A DNA stretch of 64,000 bases from Alphaproteobacteria bacterium (GCA_965225945.1 CBDDBZ010000029.1:32001-96000); one strand, 5' to 3'; numbered from the stretch's first letter, positions 10,066 through 21,161 are shown. The notes: generated from the sequence alone by a model not told the origin. Translations and numbers: made by a program.

Positions 10066-11266
10066 GTGCGCCGGTATCGCCGGCGAGGAGTAGCGGATGA
10101 GAGAGCCGTACGGTGAAGGGTTAGCCATCCACACCGGCCCCGAGTCATGCGCCTGCGGTCCGCGAGGGCGAGGCGAAGCGTTGACAGGGGTACATGTGGG
10201 CTGGGTATTGAGCCGCAAAAAATGCGCATTCGAGGCGCCGACCCTGTGGGTCTATGGGGAAGGCCACACCGACGAGCGCGCATTGGCGAGCGCTCGGAGG
10301 GCCTTGCGCGGTCGTAGAGCCCACGCACGCATGGAAATCGCCTGAGCGGAAACCGGGAGATCTCTCGAGTGGCCGTCCTTGCGTTTGCGCGGTCCGCATC
10401 GGGAAGGCCCGAAGGGCCGTAGCCGATGACGCACGCTCGAGAGAAGTCAGATTCGCCCATAGTACCTGGGAAGCCGACGAACAAAGCCTTGTGCGAGGCG
10501 GCGGAGCCGGTGGAGGGAAGGGGCGGAGCCAAGGGGAACGTGGGTCAGCAACGCAGGCGCCGGACGCGGAGTCGGGAAAGCCTGTCACAGGGGCTGGAGC
10601 GCGTACGAGAAGCGGCGAGACGAGATGGGAAACTAAAGTTCACCGCGCTGCTGCACCATGTCGATGTCGAACTCCTTCGGGCCTCCTACCTGGCGCTGAA
10701 GCGCGACGCGGCGCCCGGAGTGGACGGCATGACGTGGCAAGAGTACGGCCAGGATCTGGAGCAGCGTCTCCCGAACCTGCATGGGCGGCTCCATCGGGGC
10801 GGCTACCGGGCTCTGCCGAGCCGGCGACAATTCATCGCGAAGTCGGACGGCTCGGCGCGGGCATTGGGGATCGCGGCCCTGGAGGACAAGATCGCCCATA
10901 TGGCCGTGAGCACGGTGCTGAACCAGATTTACGAGGAAGATTTCCTCGGGTTCAGCTACGGCTTCCGTCCGGGGCGCAACCAGCACGACGCGCTGGACGC
11001 GCTCGCGGTGGCGATCACCGAGCGCGAGGTGAACTGGATCCTGGACGCCGATATATCCGGCTTCTTCGACTCATCCGACCAAAACTGGCTGAGAGGGTTC
11101 CTAGAGCGCCGGATCGGAGATCGGCGTCTCCTCCGCCTTACGGCCAAGTGGCTGAAAGATGGTATATCGCGGCGGCTGTGGCTGATGATATCAGGATGAT
11201 GGCAGCCCCTTCACGCATGATCGTTCAATCGGGGTCGCCCTGACCTCGAACATCGAGGAAGGAGCG

Positions 11267-12316
11267 ATGACGATGGCACATTTCGTAGGTCTGGATGTTT
11301 CGGTGAAGGAGACGGCGGTATGCGTCGTCGACGAGGTTGGCGAGGTGGTGTTGGAGCGGAAAGTACCGACCGAGCCGGACGACATCGTCACGCTGCTGAC
11401 CTCGATCGGCGTGGCCTATGGCCGGATCGGGATCGAAGCCGGTCCGCTCTCGCAATGGCTGGTCAACGGTCTTGCCGCCGCCGGGCTGCCGGTTGTCTGC
11501 GTCGAGACTCGGCACATGAAAGCACTGCTCAAGGGGCAGCAGGTCAACAAGAGCGACCGCAACGATGCGCGCGGCATCGCCCAGATGATGCGGGTCGGGC
11601 TGTTCAAGCCGGTGCATGTGAAGACCCTGGTTGCCCAGGAGCAGCGGATGCTGCTGACCAGCCGCAAGCTGCTCCAGAGAAAACTGCTCGACGTCGAGAA
11701 CGATCTACGCGGGACGCTGCGCAACTTCGGTCTCAAGGTGGGCATGGTCAGCACCCGCGGGTACGAGGCGCGGATCCGCGAGCTGGTCGAAGACTTTCCG
11801 AAGCTGGCCGCTATTGTGGAACCGCTGCTCACCGTCCGGCGAGTGATGCGCCGGCAGTTCGCGGTCCTCCACAAAATGGTGCTCGACACGGTCCGCCATG
11901 ACCCGGTCTGCCGACGGCTCATGACGGCACCCGGCGTCGGCGTGGTCGTCGCGCTGACCTACCGGGCTACCATTGATCAGCCGCAGCGCTTCGTTCACTC
12001 CAGGGCGGTCGGCGCGCATGTCGGCCTGACGCCGAAGCGCTTCCAGTCCGGCGAGATCGACTATGATGGTCGCGTGTCCAAGTGCGGCGACAGCATGCTC
12101 CGCACGATGCTGTACGAGGCCGCGCAGTCGCTCCTCACCCACGGCCGGAAATGGTCCTGGCTGAAGGCGTGGGGCATGCGAGTGGCCCAGCGACGTGGCA
12201 TGCGCCGTGCCATCGTCGCCGTCGCGAGGCGCCTGGCCGTAATTCTGCACCGCATGTGGGTCGACGGCACCGAGTTCCGCTGGAGCAACGGCCCTACCGC
12301 CGCCAAGGCGGCTTGA
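11267..12316 (+). CDS. IS110-family DEDD recombinase/transposase
   Basis: FVGLDVS, GIEAG, NKSDRNDARGIAQ, GLTPKRFQSGE (catalytic Ser loop), AVARRLAVILHRM. Confidence 0.95.
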   Translation: MTMAHFVGLDVSVKETAVCVVDEVGEVVLERKVPTEPDDIVTLLTSIGVAYGRIGIEAGPLSQWLVNGLAAAGLPVVCVETRHMKALLKGQQVNKSDRNDARGIAQMMRVGLFKPVHVKTLVAQEQRMLLTSRKLLQRKLLDVENDLRGTLRNFGLKVGMVSTRGYEARIRELVEDFPKLAAIVEPLLTVRRVMRRQFAVLHKMVLDTVRHDPVCRRLMTAPGVGVVVALTYRATIDQPQRFVHSRAVGAHVGLTPKRFQSGEIDYDGRVSKCGDSMLRTMLYEAAQSLLTHGRKWSWLKAWGMRVAQRRGMRRAIVAVARRLAVILHRMWVDGTEFRWSNGPTAAKAA

Positions 12317-12339
12317 ACCTTCGGCTGTACCGACAAGGA

Positions 12340-12560
12340 GATCAACGCGTTCTGCTCCGGCAGAGAGAGGCCCTCACGGGGACGACGGGTGGGGTGAGTT
12401 CGTAATGTCTGCAGATCCTGCCGCTGAGCGGCGGCAAGGGCGCGCAAAAGATTGAACCGCCTCATCCTCTTATCCCATCATGAGGTGGTCACGCGCCAAC
12501 CTCGAAGAGAAGCAAGAGCCCCGTGCGGCAACATCCGCCAGTGCGGAACGACGTGAAGAA
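12340..12560 (+). ncRNA. Putative bridge/seek RNA in the IS110 right end
   Basis: Two internal-loop modules whose single-stranded segments match the donor junction (TATCCCATC, AGAGAAG) and partly the target site (TAATGTCTGC, AAAG). Boundaries approximate. Confidence 0.65.
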
Positions 12561-14230
12561 GGAATATGGCATGACGTAACCAGAAAGGGCTTGACCGAGG
12601 ACGCGATAGAGAAGCCGGCATTATGCAAGATGGCAAACTCACGGTCCCGGAGCAGGGGACGCCACAGGGCGCGGTGCTCTCACCGCTGCTCTCCAACGTC
12701 TACCTGCACTATGTCCTGGACTTGTGGGCGCACCAATGGCGTCGGCGCCATACCCACTGCGACATGGTCATCGTCCGCTACGCGGACGACTTCGTCGTGG
12801 GCTTCGAGTACCGGGAAGACGCGCTTGCCTTCCGGGCGGCATTGGAGGAACGCTTGCGGGCTTTCGGCCTCGCGCTGTTCGCGGAGAAAACCCGGCTCAT
12901 CGAGTTTGGGCGGCACGCCGCGAAAAGTCGGAAGGGCCGAGGCGACGGCAAGCCGGAGACGTTCGACTTCCTGGGCTTCACGCACATCTGCGCGAAGGAC
13001 CGGAAGGGACGGTTCCAACTGCGACGCAAGACGCGGCGTAAGCGCATGGGGGCGAAGCTCGGGGAGATCAAGCGCGAACTCCTCCGGCGACGGCATCAGC
13101 CAATCGCCGAGCAGGGCCGCTGGCTGGCATCGGTGGTGCGAGGCTACTTCGCGTACTTCGCCGTGCCGACCAACGCTCCGGCCCTGAATGCCTTCCGCTA
13201 TCAGGTCGCCCGGTTCTGGCTGAAAGCGCTCCGGCGCCGCAGCCAGAACGACCGCACGACCTGGAAGGTCTTTGCCAAGCTGGTCGAGCGCTGGCTTCCG
13301 CCAGTGACGATCCTCCATCCCTGGCCGTCGAAGCGGTGACGGGGCATGGGGTGTAGGATCCGGATCGGCGGGAAGAAGCGATCGACGAGACGGCTGAACT
13401 TCTCCCAGTTGAGATACGCCCGTTGACTGCGGCGCCGAAGCGCGCGCCGCCACAGGTGCATCAAGCGGGAGAAGAACCAGGTGAGGCTGCCGGCATTCAG
13501 GGGAACGGCGTAGTAGTTCAGGTGCCCAGTGAGCACCTTGTTGAGCCACGCGCCTGTCTCCGCGACGGGATTGTGCCAACGTCGGCGCAACTCCGTCTTG
13601 ATCGCCAGCAGCTGCGCCCGCATCCGTTTCTTGATCGTTCTGCGCCCGATAACGAATGCGCCGGTGATCCAGGACCGCGAGCAGAAGTGGGTGAAGCCGA
13701 GGAAGTCGAAGGTCTCCGGCTTCCCCTGCCCCCGCTTCTTGCGATCCATGGCCGCGAAACGGCCGAAGCGGATCAGCCGGGTCTTCTCCGGGTGCAACGC
13801 CAACTCGAACGCGCCCATCCTTTCCTCCAACTCGTGCCGGAAGCGCCGCGCCTCATGCTCATGCTGGAAGCCGAGCACGATGTCGTCCGCATAGCGGATG
13901 ACGATCACGTCGCCAGACGTCGTCTTCCGACGCCAAGCGTGGGCCCAGAGGTCGAACACGTAGTGCAGGTAGATGTTCGCCAGGATCGGTGAGATCACCG
14001 CCCCTTGTGGCGTTCCCCGGCAACTCCGCGTGACCCGGTGCTCATCCGTGGTGCCCACCTTCAGCCACTTCGCGATGAGACGCAGGATGCGCTTGTCCAG
14101 GATCCGGTGCCGGAGTGTGGAACGGCGTGCAAAGTTGCCCCCTGTTGAGGGGTGATCGGCGTCCAAATTTGACCCCCTGAGCCTGGCTAGTCCAAGTCAC
14201 CTCGTTTTTGGGCGGACGAGGTGGTGGGGG

Positions 14231-15742
14231 ATGTTGGTCGTGGAGACGATAGCGCGGATCCGGCGGGAGTATTTCGTCAAGGGGAAGCCGATCAAGGAGA
14301 TCGTGCGGGACGTGAAGGTCTCGCGCAACACGGTGCGCAAGGTGATCCGTTCGCAGGCGACGGCGTTCACCTACGACCGGCGGGTCCAGCCGATGCCGAA
14401 GCTGGGGCCGTGGACGGCCGAGCTGGAGCGGATGCTGGAGGCCAACGAGACCAAGTCGAAGCGGGAGCGGCTGACGCTGCTACGGATCTCCGAAGCCCTC
14501 GAGGGTCTGGGCTATGGCGGCGGCTACGACGCGGTGCGGCGCTACGCCAAGGCGTGGCGGTGGCGCCGTTCGGCATCGACGGCGCAGACCTATGTGCCGT
14601 TGGTGTTCTCGCCGGGCGAGGCCTATCAGTTCGACTGGAGCCACGAGTACGTGGTGCTGGCGGGGGTGACGACCAAGGTCAAGGTCGCGCACGTCCGGCT
14701 GTGCCACAGCCGAATGTTCTTCGTCCGCGCTTATCCGCGCGAGAGCCAGGAGATGGTGTTCGACGCCCACGACCGGGCATTCCGGCTGTTCCAGGGTGCC
14801 TGCCGGCGAGGCATCTACGACAACATGAAGACGGCGGTGCAGACCGTCCTCATCGGCAAGGAGCGCGCGTTCAACCGGCGCTTCGTGCAGATGTGTGGCC
14901 ACTACCTGGTTGAACCGACAGCATGCACGCCGGGAGCGGGATGGGAGAAGGGGCAGGTCGAGAACCAGGTCGGGATCATCCGCGGTCGGTTCTTCACCCC
15001 GCGGCTGCGCTTCAAGACCTACGACGAACTCAACGCCTGGCTCTTGGACCAGTGCGTCGCCTACGCCCGGCGTCATCCCCACCCGGTGTTCAAGGACAGG
15101 ACTGTCTGGCAGGTGTTCGAGGACGAGCGTCCGTCCCTGGTCGGCTATCGCGGGCCGTTCGACGGCTTCCACGCGGTCCCGGCGTCGGTGTCGAAGACCT
15201 GCCTGGTGCGCTTCGACAGCAACAAGTACAGCGTGGCGGCGCGCGCCGTCGGCCGTCCGGTCGAGGTCCATGCCTACGCCGATCGCATCGTCATCCGCCA
15301 GGACGGCGAGATCGTCGCCGAGCATGCCCGGCGCTTCGGCCGCGACCAGACCGTCTATGACCCGTGGCACTACGTGCCCGTGCTGGCGAGGAAGCCCGGT
15401 GCGCTTCGTAACGGCGCGCCGTTCAAGGACTGGGCGCTGCCCGGCGCCCTGGGTCGCGTGCGCGTCCGGCTCGCCGGCCACGACGACGGCGACAGGCAGA
15501 TGGTCGAGATCCTCACCGCCGTGCTGGCGGATGGGCTGGCGGCGGTGGAGGCCGCCTGTGCCGAGGCGCTCGCTGGCGGCGTGTGCAGCGCCGACGTCGT
15601 GCTCAACATCCTCAATCGTCGGCGCCAGCCGTCCGAGACGGCGCCGATCCCGACGCCCGCGAACCTGCGTCTTCGCTTTGAGCCGGTGGCCGATTGCACC
15701 CGCTACGACCGCTTGAGGGGGGTCGGCCATGGAGCGCCATGA
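14231..15742 (+). CDS. istA: IS21 transposase IstA
   Basis: [38 protein letters not shown]. Confidence 0.95.
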   Translation: MLVVETIARIRREYFVKGKPIKEIVRDVKVSRNTVRKVIRSQATAFTYDRRVQPMPKLGPWTAELERMLEANETKSKRERLTLLRISEALEGLGYGGGYDAVRRYAKAWRWRRSASTAQTYVPLVFSPGEAYQFDWSHEYVVLAGVTTKVKVAHVRLCHSRMFFVRAYPRESQEMVFDAHDRAFRLFQGACRRGIYDNMKTAVQTVLIGKERAFNRRFVQMCGHYLVEPTACTPGAGWEKGQVENQVGIIRGRFFTPRLRFKTYDELNAWLLDQCVAYARRHPHPVFKDRTVWQVFEDERPSLVGYRGPFDGFHAVPASVSKTCLVRFDSNKYSVAARAVGRPVEVHAYADRIVIRQDGEIVAEHARRFGRDQTVYDPWHYVPVLARKPGALRNGAPFKDWALPGALGRVRVRLAGHDDGDRQMVEILTAVLADGLAAVEAACAEALAGGVCSADVVLNILNRRRQPSETAPIPTPANLRLRFEPVADCTRYDRLRGVGHGAP

Positions 15743-16457
15743 GGTCCTGGAGATGATGGCCGCACTCAAGCTCGCCGGCATGCGCGACGCGTTCGACGAG
15801 GTGCTCGCCGACGGCCTCAAGCGCCAGCATCCGATGCAGCGAATCATCGGCGAGCTGTTGAAGGCCGAGATCGCCGACAAGCAGGCGCGATCCATCAAGT
15901 ACCAGATGAGTGGCGCCAAGCTGCCGCTGGCCAAGGAGCTGGCCGACTTCGACTTCACCGACACCCCGGTCAACGAGCCGCTGGTCCGCGAGTTGGCGGT
16001 CGGCGGCTTCCTGGCCAACCAGCGCAACGCCGTGCTGATCGGCGGCACCGGCACCGGCAAGAGCCATCTCGCCGTCGCCATCGCGCGGGCCTGCATCCGC
16101 GATGGCGCCCGGGGCCGCTTCTTCAACGTCGTCGACCTGGTCAACCGGCTCGAGGCCGAAGCCCGCGCCGGCCGCCAGGGCCGGCTCGCCGATCAGCTGG
16201 CCCGGCGCGACCTCGTCATCCTCGACGAGCTCGGCTACCTGCCCTTCGCCCAAACCGGAGGCCAGCTGCTGTTCCACCTCGTCAGCCGGCTCTACGAGCG
16301 CACCTCGATCATCGTCACCACCAACCTGACCTTCGGCGAATGGCCGTCCGTCTTCGGCGACGCCAAGATGACCACCGCGCTCCTCGATCGTCTGACGCAC
16401 CACTGCGAGATCATCGAGACCGGAAACGACTCCTGGCGCTTCAAGAATCGGTCCTAA
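15729..16457 (+). CDS. istB: IS21 helper ATPase IstB
   Basis: Walker [27 protein letters not shown]. Confidence 0.95.
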   Translation: MERHEVLEMMAALKLAGMRDAFDEVLADGLKRQHPMQRIIGELLKAEIADKQARSIKYQMSGAKLPLAKELADFDFTDTPVNEPLVRELAVGGFLANQRNAVLIGGTGTGKSHLAVAIARACIRDGARGRFFNVVDLVNRLEAEARAGRQGRLADQLARRDLVILDELGYLPFAQTGGQLLFHLVSRLYERTSIIVTTNLTFGEWPSVFGDAKMTTALLDRLTHHCEIIETGNDSWRFKNRS

Positions 16458-16937
16458 AGGCAACCGATCCACCTGCCGCCCGGTCGCCCAGGTGGGCCCA
16501 CAGGAACCTCCCACGCGCGGTCCGCCGCCAGCCGCGTGGTGGGCGCGTCGGCCCGCGCGCGGGCCCCTCCTATGGACTACCTGTACGACCTCCGCCGTGC
16601 ATCCCCAAAGCGGTCAACATTGCACGCCGATAGGGGGTCAATGTTCAACGCCGATTGACACCGGAGAAAGCGGAGCATCCAGTCGTGGCTCATGGCATCG
16701 AAGAAGCCTTGAATGTCCGCGTCCAGCACCCAGCCCACCCGCTTCCGATAGATCCCGGCATGGAGCGCGTCCAACGCATCGTGCGGACCGCGACCCGGCC
16801 GGAAGCCATAGGAGAAGCCCAAGAAGTCCGCCTCCCAGATCGCCTCCAGAATGAACGCCACCGCCTGCTGGACGATCTTGTCCTCCAGGCAGAGGATACT
16901 GAGCGGACGCTCCGTGCCGTCCGGCTTCGGGATGTAA

Positions 16938-18105
16938 TACCGGTGACCCCATGATGTGACTCTTGGGGGGATTCCCTCGGTGCGGATTTTGTGATTCCCT
17001 CACTCCCACACAACATATGGTGGGGTTGAGATGGTTGCGCTCAAGATACGGGATGATATGACGGCGGATGAGCTTCGGCGCTGGGCCCGCACCTCGGCCC
17101 GGGGTCGGGCGGCGGCGCGGGCCTACGCGATCGCCAACGCGCTGGAAGGGATGAGCCGGGACGAGGCGGCGCGCTTGGCCGGGATGGAACGCCAAGCGTT
17201 GCACGACGCGGTCGTTCGCTACAACGCCGAAGGGCTGGCGGGACTGTTCGATCGTCCCAAGGGTCGCCCTCCCTTCCGCTTGAACGCGGACGAGGAGGCG
17301 GCCTTGAAGGCGGTCGTCCTCGACGGGCCGGATCCCGAGCGCGACGGGATCTCGGCCTGGACCCGCGCCGATCTCTGCCGTTGGGTGGAAGAGAGGTTCG
17401 CCAAGACCTATCACCCCTCCTCGATGAGCCGGGTGCTGCGACGACTGGATTTGTCGCGCCAGAAGATACGCCCGGCCCATGCGAAGAAGGACCCGGAGGC
17501 CGAGGAGAGCTTCAAAAAAGGGGGCTTCGCGCGCGCCTGAAGGCGGTTCGCGAGGCCCATCCCGGCAAGCGCGTCGAACTCTGGTTTCAGGACGAGGCCC
17601 GCGTCGGCAACAAGGGGCGGGTCTGCCATCGCTGGTGGCGCCGGGGAGAGCGCGCCAGGGGACCCAGGCAGATCGGCTACCAATGGGCCTATATCTATAC
17701 CGTCGTGCATCCGGCGAGCGGCGCCGACTTCACTCTCGTGCTCCCCGCCGTCAATGCCGATCTCATGAACCTGTTCCTCGCCCGCTTCGCCGCCACCCTG
17801 CCCGAGGACGTCCACGTCGCGACCGTCCTCGACGGCGCCGGTTGGCACGACCCCAGGGCACTCGACATCCCGGAGAACCTCACTCTGGTCTTCCCGCCGC
17901 CCTACTGTCCCGAGCTCAATCCCGTCGAGCGTCTGTGGCTCTACCTCAGAGACCGCTTCCTCTCGATCCGCGTCCTCGACGACACCAACGCCATCATCGA
18001 CGCCTGCTGCGCCGCGTGGAACAAACTCCTTGACGAAGAGGACCGAATCCAATCTCTCTGCGCATACCCCTGGATCATGGAGATCAGTTCATAGGCTCAC
18101 TGGTA
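16938..18105 (+). mobile_element. IS630-family element, two-ORF transposase (17031..17540 / ..18094) with probable -1 frameshift
   Basis: IRs TACCGGTGACCCCATGA / TCATAGGCTCACTGGTA; slippery AAAAAAG at 17514-17520; WFQDEARVG, VLDGAGWH, PELNPVERLW. Confidence 0.9.
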
Positions 18106-18213
18106 TGATACCAATCGACGTAAGTCCCGGGTGGCCCGGCGATCGCGCGCGGGCGGACCGTGCCGTGGCGCGATCCGCATCTCCGGGTGGTCTTGGGCCG
18201 AGGGGCGGAAAGG

Positions 18214-19485
18214 ATGCGCAACGTGGTGACCGCGCACCAGGTCGAGTCGAGATATGCCTGCCTGCGCGCGCTGGCCTCGCTCGCGCTGATGACCTGCGGC
18301 GGTGTCGCCATGTTTGGCGTCGTGGTGATCTTGAAGCCGGTGGCCGAGGAGTTCGGGGTCACCCGCTCCATGGCTTCGATCCCCTTTGGCCTGACCATGC
18401 TCGGCTTCGGCCTTGGCGGCATCCTCATGGGCCGCTGGGGCGACCACTCTGGCGTGATGCGCCCGGCGACATTCGGCTCAGGCGTCCTGGCGCTCGGCTT
18501 CGTGCTCGCCGGCAACGCGCAAAATCTCTGGCAGCTCTGTCTCCTGCAAGGAGTGATGATCGGCCTTTTGGGGCACGCCGCCGTCTTCACCCCGCTGGTG
18601 GCCGACATCACCCACTGGTTCGACCGGCGCCGCGGCATGGCGGTCGCCGTGGTCATCAGCGGCAACTATCTGGCGGGCGCGGTCTGGCCACCGATCATCC
18701 AGCACTTCATCGACGAGGTCGGCTGGCGCCAGACTTACATGGGAATCGGTGTCTTCTGTTTCTGCTCCATGCTGCCGTTGACCCTGGCGCTGAGGCCGAA
18801 GCCACCCGAGGCGGTGCCCGGCGCCCAGGCGTTCGGCGGCGATCCTCGGCGCGATCTCGGCCTGCGGCCGGCGAGGCTGCAATCGGCGCTCTGCCTTGCC
18901 GGGGTCGGCTGTTGCGTCGCCATGGCGATGCCCCAGGTCCATATTGTCGCCCTTGTCGGCGATCTCGGGCACGCCGCCCAGCGGGGCGCGGAAATGCTGG
19001 CGATCATGTTCGGCTGCGGGGTCGTCAGCCGCTTGATCTCGGGCTGGATCTCCGATCGGATCGGTGGCCTCGAGACCTTGATTCTCGGCTCCGTCCTTCA
19101 GGCCCTGGCGCTGGCGCTGTTCCTGCCGGCGCACTCGCTCTGGGCGCTCTATGTCGTGGCGGCGCTGTTCGGCCTCGGCCAGGGCGGCATCGTGCCATCC
19201 TATGCGGTGATCGTGCAGCGCTATTTCCCGATCGGCGAGGTCGGCCGCCGGCTCGGCACGGTGATGTTCGCCACCATGGCGGGGATGGCCCTCGGCGGCT
19301 GGCTGGCCGGCGCGCTGCACGATCTGGCCGGCGACTATAGCCTCGCGCTGATCGGCGCGATCGCCTTCAACCTCCTCAACTTGGGCGTCGTCGCCTGGCT
19401 TCTGGCGCGGGCGCGGCGCGGGCCGGTCGGCGGCGCGCAGGCTCCGGCCCGGGCGCTCCCCGGCCGCGTGCTCACAAGAAAATGA
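18214..19485 (+). CDS. MFS transporter
   Basis: 12-TM pattern with GRWGDHSG / GWISDRIGG motif-A-like loops and WFDRRRGMAVA. Confidence 0.9.
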   Translation: MRNVVTAHQVESRYACLRALASLALMTCGGVAMFGVVVILKPVAEEFGVTRSMASIPFGLTMLGFGLGGILMGRWGDHSGVMRPATFGSGVLALGFVLAGNAQNLWQLCLLQGVMIGLLGHAAVFTPLVADITHWFDRRRGMAVAVVISGNYLAGAVWPPIIQHFIDEVGWRQTYMGIGVFCFCSMLPLTLALRPKPPEAVPGAQAFGGDPRRDLGLRPARLQSALCLAGVGCCVAMAMPQVHIVALVGDLGHAAQRGAEMLAIMFGCGVVSRLISGWISDRIGGLETLILGSVLQALALALFLPAHSLWALYVVAALFGLGQGGIVPSYAVIVQRYFPIGEVGRRLGTVMFATMAGMALGGWLAGALHDLAGDYSLALIGAIAFNLLNLGVVAWLLARARRGPVGGAQAPARALPGRVLTRK

Positions 19486-19611
19486 TTCCCCGCCGGCCGC
19501 ACCTTTGATCGTGATGAGCCGATGGCGATCGCGTTCGCGAACCCCGGTCGGATAGACTGAGCCGGCAATTCGAGCTGTCGATCGACGAAATGGACCGAAG
19601 GGAAATGTCCG

Positions 19612-19893
19612 ATGGCGTTGGCGAACGATGAATTGGCCCTCGACCTCGCGCATCTGCGAGCCGCCGCGCGCGCCGGCCTCGACTCGCTTGATCAGGTCGA
19701 GGGATTTCACAACATCGGCCTCGCGGTCCAAGTGGCGACCTATGACGATACGGGCATCGCCGGTCGCGCCGTCGAGATCCGTCTGCAAGGTGAGGCGGCA
19801 TCGGCGGTGGTCGAGGCGATGCGCCACGCCCTCGAGGAAACGCTCGCCGGCGCCAACAAGGCCCTGGGCGAGCACGCGAGCGGCGCGGACTGA
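19612..19893 (+). CDS. Hypothetical protein (93 aa)
   Basis: Fills the gap before cinA, with GC3-rich codons and upstream AAGGG; no recognisable motif. Confidence 0.55.
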   Translation: MALANDELALDLAHLRAAARAGLDSLDQVEGFHNIGLAVQVATYDDTGIAGRAVEIRLQGEAASAVVEAMRHALEETLAGANKALGEHASGAD

Positions 19894-19931
19894 ACGGGTG
19901 GGTCGCGAATAGTCCCTCGGGAGAGAGAGAC

Positions 19932-21161
19932 ATGCGTTGTGAAATCGTCGCCGTCGGCACCGAATTGCTGCTCGGCCAGATCGTCGACACCAACTCCAGC
20001 TGGATGGGCGAGCAATTCGCCCTCGCGGGCATCGACTCGCACTACCACACCACGGTCGGCGACAATCTCGAGCGCATGATCGTCACCATTCGCCTTGCCC
20101 TCGAGCGGAGCGACGCGGTCGTCGTCTGCGGTGGCCTGGGCCCGACCCAGGACGACATCACGCGCGAGGCGATCACCGAGGTCATGGGCGTGGCGCTGGA
20201 GCGCGACGCGGCGATGGCGGACCATATCCGAAACATTTTCGCCTCCCGCGGCCGGCGGATGAGCGAGAACAATCTGCAACAGGCCGACCGTCCCGTCGGC
20301 GCCTGGCCCATCCCCGAGATGCCGGGCACCGCGCCGGGCCTGGTGTGCCCGGTGGGCGAGAAGGTGATCTATGCCGTGCCGGGCGTCCCCCATGAGATGC
20401 GGGAGATGCTCACCGGCACCGTGCTGCCCGACCTGCGGCGCCGCGCCGGGGCCAGCGCGGCGATCCGCAGCCGGGTGCTCAAGACTTGGGGCAACTCGGA
20501 GTCCGGCCTCGCCGAACTGCTGGCCGGCCGAATCGAGGCGCTGGACCGGACCGGCAATCCGACCCTCGCCTTCCAGGCGAGCGGGATCGAGGGCCTGAAG
20601 ATCCGCATCACCGCCAAGGCCGAGGACGACGCGGCCGCGGGCCGGATCCTCGACGAGGAGGAGGTGACGGTTCGCGCCATCCTGGGCGACGTCGTCTTCG
20701 CCCTCGACGACGCCAGCATGGAATCCGTCGTCCTCGACATGCTGAAGGCCCGGGGCATGACCTTGGGGGTCGCGGAATCGATGACCGGCGGCCTGGTCGG
20801 CGCCCGCCTCGCCGCCATCCCGGGCGCCAGCGCCGTCTTCCGGGGCGCCATCGTCGCCTATGCGCGCGACGTCAAGTTTGCCCTCCTGGGCGTGCCCGAG
20901 GGCCCGGTGGTGAGCGAGGACTGCGCCAAGGCGATGGCGGAAGGGGTCCGCCGCGTCCTCGGCGCCGACGTCGGCCTGGCGACCACGGGCGTCGCCGGCC
21001 CCGACGAACTGGAGGGCCAGCCGGTGGGCCTCGCGATCCTCGGCCTGGCCACGGCCGAGGGCGCCAAGGCGTTGTCGGTCCGCTTGCCGGGCGACCGGAA
21101 CCGGATCCGCGAATACGCGGTGATCAACCTGTTGAATTTCCTTCGCCGCGAACTCGCCTGA
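19932..21161 (+). CDS. cinA: CinA-family protein (MoCo-binding-like domain + PncC NMN deamidase)
   Basis: EIVAVGTELLLGQIVDTN, GGLGPTQDDIT, VAESMTGG, TTGVAGP. Confidence 0.92.
   Translation: MRCEIVAVGTELLLGQIVDTNSSWMGEQFALAGIDSHYHTTVGDNLERMIVTIRLALERSDAVVVCGGLGPTQDDITREAITEVMGVALERDAAMADHIRNIFASRGRRMSENNLQQADRPVGAWPIPEMPGTAPGLVCPVGEKVIYAVPGVPHEMREMLTGTVLPDLRRRAGASAAIRSRVLKTWGNSESGLAELLAGRIEALDRTGNPTLAFQASGIEGLKIRITAKAEDDAAAGRILDEEEVTVRAILGDVVFALDDASMESVVLDMLKARGMTLGVAESMTGGLVGARLAAIPGASAVFRGAIVAYARDVKFALLGVPEGPVVSEDCAKAMAEGVRRVLGADVGLATTGVAGPDELEGQPVGLAILGLATAEGAKALSVRLPGDRNRIREYAVINLLNFLRRELA

Larger units (their letters stand above)
11159..12614 (+). mobile_element. IS110-family element, IS1111-like (1456 bp)
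   Basis: AAG core at both junctions (11156-11158, 12612-12614); subterminal IR TATCGCG/CGCGATA; short left end and ~300-bp non-coding right end. Confidence 0.88.
10066..13336 (+). mobile_element. Group II intron 1 (5' end intact, IEP interrupted by IS110, 3' catalytic domains missing)
   Basis: Canonical 5' GTGCG at 10066, ~360 nt of intron-type leader, then the RT ORF; no domain V/VI sequence seen after the ORF. Confidence 0.85.
10426..13339 (+). pseudogene. ltrA: Group II intron reverse transcriptase/maturase, split by IS110 (10426..11158 + 12615..13339)
   Basis: KFTALLHH, APGVDG, FSYGFRPGR, GTPQGAVLSPLLSNVYLH, RYADD, TFDFLGF. Excising the IS restores in-frame AKWLK-AGIMQDG. Confidence 0.9.
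14116..16660 (+). mobile_element. IS21-family element (2545 bp)
   Basis: TG...CA ends with repeated terminal motifs; 6-bp DR CCGGAG (14110-14115, 16661-16666); istA/istB. Confidence 0.93.
13327..16937 (-). pseudogene. ltrA: Second group II intron RT/maturase (inverted), split by IS21, truncated at the 5' side by IS630 and at the 3' side by fusion to intron 1
   Basis: YIPKPDG...FSYGFRPGR...WMLRFL (16661-16937) continues as RHRILDKR...GTPQG...RYADD...PPIRILHP (13327-14115). Confidence 0.88.

Noticed and set aside
12591-12614. Junction promoter formed on IS110 circularisation (TTGACC plus left-end TATATC)
   Set aside because: The spacing would be about 22 bp, too long to support a sigma70 promoter call by eye.
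10426-16937. RT genes as a DGR, retron or defence RT system
   Set aside because: Both are typical group II intron IEPs (YADD plus maturase domain, GTGCG 5' end for intron 1); no TR/VR pair, avd or msr-msd was seen.
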